This document shows positions 7,258 to 14,464 of a stretch of DNA of 17,676 nucleotides, piece by piece. This DNA comes from a virus (taxonomy: Duplodnaviria > Heunggongvirae > Uroviricota > Caudoviricetes). Position numbers and translations under genes: made by a program. Each line of letters begins with the position of its first letter. The first letter of the stretch is position 1. The notes under the pieces were generated by a model. The model saw only the letters and a program-made list of their open reading frames with translations. It ran no database searches and had not been told where the DNA came from. The stretch is from the IMG/VR virus record IMGVR_UViG_3300045988_087939, one strand, 5' to 3'.

Positions 7258-9576
7258 ATGAGCACAAAATTCAGAACCGTTATCACCACTGCCGGTGCAG
7301 CAAAGCTGGCAGCGGCAACCGCACCGGGAGGGCGGAAGGTCAACATTACCACGATGGCCGTCGGGGATGGCGGTGGTAAATTGCCTGTCCCGGATGCCGG
7401 ACAGACCGGGCTTATCCATGAAGTCTGGCGACATGCGCTGAACAAAATCACCCTGGACAAACGAAACAGTAATTATATTATCGCAGAGCTGGTTATTCCG
7501 CCGGAGGTGGGCGGTTTCTGGATGCGTGAGCTTGGCCTGTACGATGATGCGGGAACGCTAATTGCCGTGGCGAACATGGCTGAAAGTTATAAACCCGCTC
7601 TTGCCGAAGGCTCAGGGCGTTCGCAGACCTGCCGCATGGTCATCATCGTCAGCAGTGTGGCCTCAGTGGAGCTGACCATTGACACCACAACGGTGATGGC
7701 AACGCAGGATTACGTTGATGACAAAATTGCAGAGCATGAACAGTCACGACGTCACCCGGACGCCTCGCTGACCGCAAAAGGTTTTACTCAGTTAAGCAGT
7801 GCAACCAACAGCGCGTCTGAAACACTGGCCGCAACGCCGAAAGCGGTAAAGGCCGCCTATGACCTTGCTAACGGGAAATATACCGCACAGGACGCTACCA
7901 CAGCGCGAAAAGGTCTTGTCCAGCTCAGTAGTGCCACCAACAGCACGTCTGAAACGCTCGCCGCAACACCAAAAGCGGTTAAGGCAGCGTATGACCTTGC
8001 TAACGGTAAATATACTGCACAGGACGCCACCACAGTGCGAAAAGGTCTTATCCAGCTCAGTAGCGTCACCAACAGCGATTCTGAAACGCTTGCGGCAACG
8101 CCAAAGGCGGTAAAGGCAGCGTATGACCTTGCTAACGGGAAATACACTGCACAGGATGCCACCACGGCGCGGAAAGGGCTTGTCCAGCTCAGTAGCGCCA
8201 CCAACAGTGATTCTGAAACGCTGGCCGCAACACCAAAAGCGGTGAAGTCTGCCTATGACAATGCTGAAAAACGTCTTCAGAAAGATCAGAACGGTGCGGA
8301 TATTCCGGGAAAGGATACCTTCACGAAAAATATCGGTGCCTGTCGTGCTTATAGCGGCGCTTTGAGCACTGAAGCCGGAAACTGGACAACCGCTCAGTTT
8401 ATTGAATGGCTGGATTCCCGTGGTGCATTTAATCATCCGTACTGGATGTGCAAAGGCTCCTGGTCATATGCAAATAACAAAATCATTACGGATACCGGAT
8501 GTGGTGATATCCACCTGGCTGGTTGTGTCGTCGAGGTCATGGGAACTAAATCTGCAATCACTATCCGAGTGACCACGCCGACAACATCAAGCGGTGGCGG
8601 TACAACCAGCGCACAATTCACTTACATTAATCATGGGGACGGCTACTCCCCCGGCTGGCGTCGTGACTGGAATCGTCAGGGCGACGCAATGACCGGAACG
8701 ATTAATCAGGACGGTGGAAGCCAGAATGCCTATATGTCTACGGCCTTATGTTCAGGCACAAGAGGCGGCAAAAAATATCTCAGAAAGTTTCGTGGTGGAG
8801 AAGGAGACACTATCTGGCATGAAACAGTACAGGGCGGGGTAGTTCGTTGGGCGACTGGTAATACTGATGCTCAGGAAGAATTATCACTCAGCTCCGCTTA
8901 TGGTCTCCGTTCAAGAGGTGAGATTACATCACTCAGTGCTAATGGTCTGCGCATTGCTTATGGCAATTATGGATTCTTTATCAGGAATGATGGCGGCAGC
9001 ACATATTTAATGCTGACGGCCTCTGGCGATAAATTTGGGACATGGAACGGCTTAAGACCGCTGACTATCAATAACGCCAATGGCGGAGTGTCAATGGGGC
9101 ATGGCCTGAGTGTTACAGGTGATATTGTCTCAAGTACCAAAGTACGTGCCGGTAGCGGGAAAAAGTTCACGGTCAGCAGCAGCAATACATCCACGAAGGA
9201 AGCCGCATTCAATTTGTGGGGAAACTCAAGTCGTCCTGTGGTGGCTGAATTAGGTGATGATGCAGGCTGGCATTTTTACAGTCAGAGAAATACAGATAAC
9301 AGCATCACTTTTGCTGTTAACGGGCAGGTATCACCATCTAACTATGGCAACTTTGATTCACGCTATGTCCGGGATATCCGGCTTGGTGGTGCTGCCACAT
9401 ACAAACCTGCGAACAATGGTATGACATGGACACATCAGGCACCGTCCGGGTGTGTATATTCCGGCATTATTGTTCAGGATACCGGCTCAAACTCTGCCGA
9501 TAACATTGGTGGCGTATATTACAGACCGGTGCAGAAATACATTAACGGGACTTGGTATAACGTGGCGCAGGTATAA
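7258..9576 (+). CDS. H: Tail fiber protein (P2 gpH-like) with a conserved N-terminal domain, four tandem fibre repeats and a divergent receptor-binding region
   Basis: 772-aa ORF with SD GTGAGGAA. The N-terminal ~170 aa and the C-terminal tail (…IQKYINGTWYNVAQV) resemble P2 gpH as I recall it. Four 44-aa repeats (…QLSSATNSxSETLAATPKAVKAAYDLANGKYTAQDATTARK). Central part is lower in G+C (about 42-43% in sampled lines). Confidence 0.88.
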   Translation: MSTKFRTVITTAGAAKLAAATAPGGRKVNITTMAVGDGGGKLPVPDAGQTGLIHEVWRHALNKITLDKRNSNYIIAELVIPPEVGGFWMRELGLYDDAGTLIAVANMAESYKPALAEGSGRSQTCRMVIIVSSVASVELTIDTTTVMATQDYVDDKIAEHEQSRRHPDASLTAKGFTQLSSATNSASETLAATPKAVKAAYDLANGKYTAQDATTARKGLVQLSSATNSTSETLAATPKAVKAAYDLANGKYTAQDATTVRKGLIQLSSVTNSDSETLAATPKAVKAAYDLANGKYTAQDATTARKGLVQLSSATNSDSETLAATPKAVKSAYDNAEKRLQKDQNGADIPGKDTFTKNIGACRAYSGALSTEAGNWTTAQFIEWLDSRGAFNHPYWMCKGSWSYANNKIITDTGCGDIHLAGCVVEVMGTKSAITIRVTTPTTSSGGGTTSAQFTYINHGDGYSPGWRRDWNRQGDAMTGTINQDGGSQNAYMSTALCSGTRGGKKYLRKFRGGEGDTIWHETVQGGVVRWATGNTDAQEELSLSSAYGLRSRGEITSLSANGLRIAYGNYGFFIRNDGGSTYLMLTASGDKFGTWNGLRPLTINNANGGVSMGHGLSVTGDIVSSTKVRAGSGKKFTVSSSNTSTKEAAFNLWGNSSRPVVAELGDDAGWHFYSQRNTDNSITFAVNGQVSPSNYGNFDSRYVRDIRLGGAATYKPANNGMTWTHQAPSGCVYSGIIVQDTGSNSADNIGGVYYRPVQKYINGTWYNVAQV
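7780..8259 (+). repeat. Tandem 132-bp (44-codon) repeat, about 3.6 copies, inside the tail fiber gene
   Basis: Units begin at 7780, 7912, 8044 and 8176 (the last is partial). Protein-level identity is near-complete while the DNA differs at many wobble positions. Confidence 0.85.
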
Positions 9577-9579
9577 TTT

Positions 9580-10107
9580 ATGCAGCATTTGATAAATATA
9601 ACGGCAGGTAATCCAAAAACGGTTGAACAATATCAATTGACAAAAGACTTTGATGTTGTCTGGTTTTTTTCAGAAGATGGTAAGAACTGGTACGAAGAAC
9701 AAAAGTATTTTGCTGATGACACGCTAAAAATAGCGTACGACAAAGATAATATCATCCGCTATGTGGAAAAGGATGTGACAGCTATCAGACCGGATGGATT
9801 AAGTGTTGTTGAAGTGGCGGATATTACTGCTAACCGACGGGCGGACATTTCAGGGAACTGGATGTTTAAGGACGGCAAAGTGATTAAACGCATTTATACG
9901 GCAGAGGAATTGCAGCAGCAGGCAGAAAACCGGAAAGCCAGACTTCTTGCAGATGCTGAATCCGTGATTTTGCCGCTGGAGCGTGCTGTCAGACTGAACA
10001 TGGCAACAGATGAGGAGCGTAGCCGACTGGAAGCATGGGAACGCTACAGCGTTCTGGTCAGTCGTGTGGATCCTGCAAATCCTGAATGGCCGGAAATGCC
10101 GCAATAA
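9580..10107 (+). CDS. G: Tail fiber assembly protein / chaperone (P2 gpG-like)
   Basis: 175 aa, the length of P2 gpG. Immediately follows H; the C-terminal part resembles tail-fiber-assembly proteins. The N-terminal part is AT-rich (about 32% in one sampled line). Confidence 0.85.
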   Translation: MQHLINITAGNPKTVEQYQLTKDFDVVWFFSEDGKNWYEEQKYFADDTLKIAYDKDNIIRYVEKDVTAIRPDGLSVVEVADITANRRADISGNWMFKDGKVIKRIYTAEELQQQAENRKARLLADAESVILPLERAVRLNMATDEERSRLEAWERYSVLVSRVDPANPEWPEMPQ

Positions 10108-10141
10108 GTTGTATGATCTCTGGAGTGAGCAAACGTATCTA

Positions 10142-10183
10142 TGGCACAGAGTTAAGCCTAATCTGACAGTACGCTCTGTGCCA
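10142..10183. repeat. Inverted repeat/hairpin just downstream of G
   Basis: TGGCACAGAG (10142-10151) pairs with CTCTGTGCCA (10174-10183), a 10-bp stem with a 22-nt spacer, about 35 nt after the G stop. No U-tract follows. Confidence 0.3.
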
Positions 10184-10310
10184 GGAGCGGATACTTTAAT
10201 GTTCTATCACTATTGGATATGATTATCATGAAACTACCTTAAATTAACATCTTGCTAAAGATGCAACCAAAAGTTACCTTCAGGGAATTGTGAGCTGATA
10301 AGAAGAATAG

Positions 10311-10339
10311 TTGTATCTAATAAGATGTTGAGTTTTAAT
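10311..10339 (+). promoter_or_regulatory. Candidate sigma70-type promoter for the ATPase-Toprim cargo gene
   Basis: TTGTAT (10311-10316), 17-nt spacer, TTTAAT (10334-10339), about 30 nt upstream of the ATG in an AT-rich intergenic region. A strong SD (AAGGAGGG) follows at about 10354-10361. Confidence 0.3.
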
Positions 10340-10369
10340 TAAACTCCATGCGAACAAGGAGGGCAAAAA

Positions 10370-11983
10370 ATGAGCAATTCATTTTCAATTACACTACCTA
10401 CAAAAGAAAAAGACCTAGCGGAAATAGAGACTAATCAGAGCGTGCTTATTATCGGTGCGAATGGCTCTGGAAAGTCTCGCCTTGGGACATGGATGGATCT
10501 AAAATCTCCTCAAAGAAATATTGTTCATCGTATTTCCGCTCAGCGGGCTTTAGCGATGCCTGACCATACAACACCAACTTCGCTTCAACAAGCACAGAAT
10601 AATTTACTCTATGGAATTGAAAATTTGGAAGGGTCGGAACTACTTTGGTATAAAGAGAATTATCGCTGGGGAAGTAAACCTGCCATATCATCATTAAATG
10701 ATTATGGTAAATTAATGGTGTATCTCTTTTCAGACAAAATTGAAGAAAACTCGAAATATATTGAATTAGTTAAATCTTCAGAAAAAAGAATTGAACCAAC
10801 GACGACTAAATTAGATAAAATTAAATATATTTGGGAAAAAACATTACCTCACCGAGAGCTTGTTTTAGGCGGTTTGACAATTCAAACACGAGCAAAAGGA
10901 AATAACGAGGCTGTCTATAACCCCTCGGAAATGAGCGACGGTGAGCGAGTTATTTTCTATCTGATTGGGCAATGTCTTGCAGCACCCGAAAATGGAATTA
11001 TTGTCATAGACGAGCCAGAAATTCATCTTCACAAATCTGTACAAGTTCCATTATGGAAGGATATAGAAAAACTCCGACCTGATTGCCTGTTTGTATATAT
11101 GACTCATGATACTGATTTTGCTGCAGCACTGCATGATGCAAAGAAAATCTGGTTAAAAAGTTATGATGGTTCCAGTTGGGATTGGGAAGATGTTCCCGAT
11201 GTCGAAGGCCTACCAGAAAGTTTATTAATTGAAATATTGGGTAGTAGAAAACCAATTGTTTTTGTTGAGGGGGAAAATGGAAGCTATGATGTATCCCTTT
11301 ATCGTGCTGTGTTAAATAGTTATCTAGTGATACCATCTGGTTCTTGTAGTCAAGTAATACAAAATGTTAAAGCTCTAAGAGCCAGTGAAAAACTCCATTA
11401 TATGGAAGTTTTTGGTATTATTGATAGGGATAGACGTGTTGAAAATGAAATTCAATCGCTTCTGGAATACGGTATTTATACTCTAAGCGTGGCTGAAGTC
11501 GAAAATCTCTTTTGCGTTCCGGAAGTTATAACTTTAGTTAGCGAACGATTAGTCAGGAATCCAGATAAAGATCTACAATCAGTTAAAGATTTTGTGTTCC
11601 GTAAAATATCCTCAGAGCTGGATACTCAGATTTCACTGCGTGTGGCTGGCGAAATTAAATTCATGCTTAATTGTTTTGATGAAAAAGCAAAAGGGGTCGA
11701 TGCTCTTAGTAGAGCTCTTGAGTTGTTGACGTCACAAATTAATGTTAAAGAGCTTTATGATGAAAGTTTATCTCTGTTTAATAATGCAGTTGAGAAACGT
11801 GATTATCTTCTTGCATTAAAACTTTATAACAGGAAAAGCCTTTCATCCCAAGTAAGTAAGCATCTGGGGCTGGCTAATGGACAGCTTGCTGAATTAGTGG
11901 TCAGGATGGCTAATAATGAAAGTGGAGAGTCAATGAGAAATGCTCTCAGACCATATTTTGGTGAGTTTTCGAGTAAAATATAG
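10370..11983 (+). CDS. Cargo gene in the G-FI (Z/fun) hotspot: ABC-type ATPase fused to a Toprim/DUF4435-like putative nuclease domain; candidate single-gene anti-phage defence protein (OLD-like or fused PARIS-like)
   Basis: 537 aa. Walker A GANGSGKS (aa 29-36, nt 10454-10477); signature-like MSDGER (aa 188-193); Walker B IIVIDEPE followed by HLH (aa 210-221); H-loop-like YMTHD (aa 243-247). C-terminal half has Toprim-like motifs: IVFVEGENGSYD (aa 296-307), IIDRDRR (aa 350-356) and VAEVEN (aa 374-379), then a helical tail. G+C is about 25-43% in sampled lines. Confidence 0.8.
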   Translation: MSNSFSITLPTKEKDLAEIETNQSVLIIGANGSGKSRLGTWMDLKSPQRNIVHRISAQRALAMPDHTTPTSLQQAQNNLLYGIENLEGSELLWYKENYRWGSKPAISSLNDYGKLMVYLFSDKIEENSKYIELVKSSEKRIEPTTTKLDKIKYIWEKTLPHRELVLGGLTIQTRAKGNNEAVYNPSEMSDGERVIFYLIGQCLAAPENGIIVIDEPEIHLHKSVQVPLWKDIEKLRPDCLFVYMTHDTDFAAALHDAKKIWLKSYDGSSWDWEDVPDVEGLPESLLIEILGSRKPIVFVEGENGSYDVSLYRAVLNSYLVIPSGSCSQVIQNVKALRASEKLHYMEVFGIIDRDRRVENEIQSLLEYGIYTLSVAEVENLFCVPEVITLVSERLVRNPDKDLQSVKDFVFRKISSELDTQISLRVAGEIKFMLNCFDEKAKGVDALSRALELLTSQINVKELYDESLSLFNNAVEKRDYLLALKLYNRKSLSSQVSKHLGLANGQLAELVVRMANNESGESMRNALRPYFGEFSSKI

Positions 11984-12134
11984 TTATACAGAGTGCATAA
12001 TACTTATCGTGACTGTGGTTGGATGATGTGTGTGGTTCATGTGTCTGCTCCTCGCTCACAGCAGGCTGTCAGATTTGATAGCGTTTGGGCTATGTAAATT
12101 GTCAGTTGGAAAATGAGTGAGTGCAAGTCAGGAC

Positions 12135-12162
12135 AGGCGGGCGAATTGCCCGCCTTTTCTTT
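12135..12162 (+). terminator. Rho-independent terminator downstream of the cargo ATPase-Toprim gene
   Basis: GC-rich stem GGCGGGC (12136-12142) / GCCCGCC (12148-12154) with a 5-nt loop, followed by TTTTCTTT (12155-12162). Confidence 0.7.
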
Positions 12163-12165
12163 ATC

Positions 12166-12190
12166 TGTTGTTTCATCCACTGACCAGACA
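12166..12190 (+). promoter_or_regulatory. Candidate late-promoter activator site upstream of FI (P_F-like)
   Basis: TGTTGTTTCATCCACTGACCAGACA begins with the same TGTTGT hexamer seen upstream of V and ends in ACA, about 70-90 nt upstream of the FI ATG. Spacing does not match TGT-N12-ACA exactly. Confidence 0.25.
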
Positions 12191-12258
12191 GGTCAAATAG
12201 CGTCTCAGGCACTGCCCAATAGAAAATAGTTGCACCCATTAACCACGGAGTTAAACGG

Positions 12259-13449
12259 ATGAGTGACTATCATCACGGCGTGCAGGTGCTGGAGATTAAC
12301 GACGGCACCCGCGTCATTTCCACCGTATCCACCGCCATTGTCGGCATGGTCTGCACGGCCAGCGATGCGGATGCGGAAATCTTCCCCCTCAATAAACCGG
12401 TGCTGATTACCAATGTGCAGAGCGCAATTGCAAAGGCCGGTAAAAAAGGCACGCTGGCGGCATCGTTGCAGGCCATCGCCGACCAGTCAAAACCGGTCAC
12501 CGTTGTCGTGCGTGTGGAAGACGGCACCGGCGAAGACGAAGAAACGAAACTCGCGCAGACTGTTTCCAATATCATCGGAACCACCGACGAAAACGGTCAG
12601 TACACCGGACTGAAAGCCCTGCTGGCGGCGGAGTCGGTAACCGGTGTTAAACCGCGTATTCTTGGTGTGCCGGGGCTGGATACCAAAGAGGTGGCTGTTG
12701 CACTGGCATCAGTCTGTCAGAAGCTGCGCGCTTTCGGGTATATCAGCGCATGGGGCTGTAAAACCATTTCTGAGGTGAAAGCCTACCGCCAGAATTTCAG
12801 CCAGCGTGAGCTGATGGTCATCTGGCCGGATTTCCTCGCATGGGATACGGTCACCAGTACCACCGCCACCGCGTATGCCACCGCACGTGCGCTGGGTCTG
12901 CGTGCCAAAATCGACCAGGAGCAGGGCTGGCATAAAACGCTGTCCAACGTCGGGGTGAACGGTGTTACCGGCATCAGCGCATCTGTATTTTGGGATTTGC
13001 AGGAGTCCGGCACCGATGCTGACCTGCTTAACGAGTCAGGCGTCACAACACTGATTCGCCGTGACGGTTTCCGCTTCTGGGGTAACCGTACCTGCTCTGA
13101 TGACCCGCTGTTCTTCTTTGAAAACTACACCCGCACCGCGCAGGTGCTGGCCGACACGATGGCTGAGGCGCACATGTGGGCGGTGGACAAGCCCATCACC
13201 GCAACGCTGATTCGCGACATCGTTGACGGCATCAATGCCAAATTCCGTGAGCTGAAAACAAACGGCTATATCGTGGATGCGACCTGCTGGTTCAGCGAAG
13301 AATCCAACGATGCGGAAACCCTCAAGGCCGGAAAACTGTATATCGACTACGACTATACCCCGGTGCCTCCTCTTGAAAACCTGACCCTGCGCCAGCGTAT
13401 CACCGATAAATATCTGGCAAATCTGGTCACCTCGGTTAACAGCAATTAA
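12259..13449 (+). CDS. FI: Contractile tail sheath protein (P2 gpFI-like)
   Basis: 396 aa, the length of P2 gpFI. Syntenic; high G+C. Confidence 0.9.
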   Translation: MSDYHHGVQVLEINDGTRVISTVSTAIVGMVCTASDADAEIFPLNKPVLITNVQSAIAKAGKKGTLAASLQAIADQSKPVTVVVRVEDGTGEDEETKLAQTVSNIIGTTDENGQYTGLKALLAAESVTGVKPRILGVPGLDTKEVAVALASVCQKLRAFGYISAWGCKTISEVKAYRQNFSQRELMVIWPDFLAWDTVTSTTATAYATARALGLRAKIDQEQGWHKTLSNVGVNGVTGISASVFWDLQESGTDADLLNESGVTTLIRRDGFRFWGNRTCSDDPLFFFENYTRTAQVLADTMAEAHMWAVDKPITATLIRDIVDGINAKFRELKTNGYIVDATCWFSEESNDAETLKAGKLYIDYDYTPVPPLENLTLRQRITDKYLANLVTSVNSN

Positions 13450-13461
13450 GGAGCCTGACCG

Positions 13462-13980
13462 ATGGCAATGCCGCGCAAACTCAAGTTAATGAACGTCTTT
13501 CTGAACGGCTACAGCTATCAGGGCGTTGCAAAGTCCGTCACGCTGCCAAAACTGACCCGTAAGCTCGAAAACTATCGCGGTGCGGGGATGAACGGCAGCG
13601 CACCGGTAGACCTCGGCCTTGATGACGATGCCCTGTCAATGGAGTGGTCGCTCGGTGGTTTCCCGGATTCGGTTATCTGGGAGCTTTACGCAGCAACCGG
13701 TGTGGATGTCGTGCCGATTCGTTTTGCAGGCTCTTACCAGCGCGACGATACCGGCGAAACGGTGGCCGTCGAGGTGGTCATGCGTGGACGTCAGAAAGAA
13801 ATCGACACCGGCGAGGGTAAACAGGGAGAAGACACCGAGTCGAAAATCTCTGTGGTCTGCACCTATTTCCGGCTGACGATGGACGGTAAGGAGCTGGTCG
13901 AAATCGACACCATCAACATGATTGAGAAGGTGAACGGCGTCGACCGGCTGGAGCAACACCGCCGAAATATCGGCCTGTGA
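13462..13980 (+). CDS. FII: Tail tube protein (P2 gpFII-like)
   Basis: 172 aa, the length of P2 gpFII. Immediately follows the sheath gene. Confidence 0.9.
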   Translation: MAMPRKLKLMNVFLNGYSYQGVAKSVTLPKLTRKLENYRGAGMNGSAPVDLGLDDDALSMEWSLGGFPDSVIWELYAATGVDVVPIRFAGSYQRDDTGETVAVEVVMRGRQKEIDTGEGKQGEDTESKISVVCTYFRLTMDGKELVEIDTINMIEKVNGVDRLEQHRRNIGL

Positions 13981-13987
13981 TTTTCAT

Positions 13988-14008
13988 CCGGTCAGCCTGG
14001 CTGACCGG
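13988..14008 (+). terminator. Hairpin between FII and E; possible partial terminator or RNA processing structure
   Basis: CCGGTCAG (13988-13995) / CTGACCGG (14001-14008), an 8-bp stem with a 5-nt loop, right after the FII stop. Only TT follows, so it is weak as an intrinsic terminator. Confidence 0.3.
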
Positions 14009-14036
14009 TTAACCCTGATTCAGAAGTGAGAAAACC

Positions 14037-14312
14037 ATGAACAAAGAAAATGTGATTACCCTGGACAATCCGGTCAAGCGTGGTGAGCAGGTTATCGAAC
14101 AGGTCACGCTGATGAAACCCAATGCCGGGACGCTGCGCGGTGTCAGTCTGGCTGCGGTCGCAAACTCCGAAGTCGATGCACTGATTAAGGTGCTGCCGCG
14201 CATGACGGCACCGATGCTGACCGAGCAGGAAGTCGCCGCGCTGGAACTGCCTGACCTTGTGGCGCTGGCCGGTAAGGTGGTCGGTTTTTTGTCGCCGAAC
14301 TCGGTGCAGTAA
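14037..14312 (+). CDS. E: Tail assembly chaperone E (P2 gpE-like), the zero-frame product
   Basis: 91 aa, the length of P2 gpE. Contains the slippery heptamer near its 3' end. Confidence 0.88.
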   Translation: MNKENVITLDNPVKRGEQVIEQVTLMKPNAGTLRGVSLAAVANSEVDALIKVLPRMTAPMLTEQEVAALELPDLVALAGKVVGFLSPNSVQ

Positions 14313-14464
14313 CGTTCCCGAAAAATCTGTCGGTCGATGACCTGATGGCGGATGTGGCAGTGATATTTCACTGGGCGTGGTCTTGCGTATATCCCATGAG
14401 CCTGACCGAACTCATCACATGGCGCGAAAAGGCGCTCCGGCGAAGCGGAAACACGAATGAGTAA
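14037..14464 (+). CDS. E+E': Tail assembly chaperone E+E' made by a programmed -1 ribosomal frameshift
   Basis: Slippery T_TTT_TTG at 14285-14291 in the E frame. The -1 frame is open from 14291 to a TAA at 14462-14464, encoding VAELGAVTFPKNLSVDDLMADVAVIFHWAWSCVYPMSLTELITWREKALRRSGNTNE, and overlaps the T start. Confidence 0.75.
14285..14291 (+). promoter_or_regulatory. -1 programmed frameshift slippery heptamer (T TTT TTG)
   Basis: X_XXY_YYZ heptamer in the E reading frame, at the same relative place as the P2 E/E' shift. Confidence 0.7.

Noticed and set aside
6750-7460. 236-aa reverse-strand ORF overlapping gene I and the H start
   Set aside because: Antisense to two syntenic, well-supported baseplate and fibre genes in high-GC DNA, where long spurious ORFs are common. 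No SD, and an Arg/Pro/Ala-rich composition typical of GC-rich antisense frames.
7792-8436. 214-aa reverse-strand ORF, plus the nested ORFs 7857-8204 (-) and 7859-8113 (+), inside the tail fiber gene
   Set aside because: They are by-products of the 132-bp tandem repeat, which keeps alternative frames open. They lie entirely within the strongly supported fibre ORF and have repetitive, low-complexity products.
10010-10222. 70-aa ORF overlapping the end of G and running into the AT-rich intergenic region
   Set aside because: Out of frame with G over most of its length and without a ribosome-binding site; more likely chance. The hairpin at 10142-10183 lies inside it.
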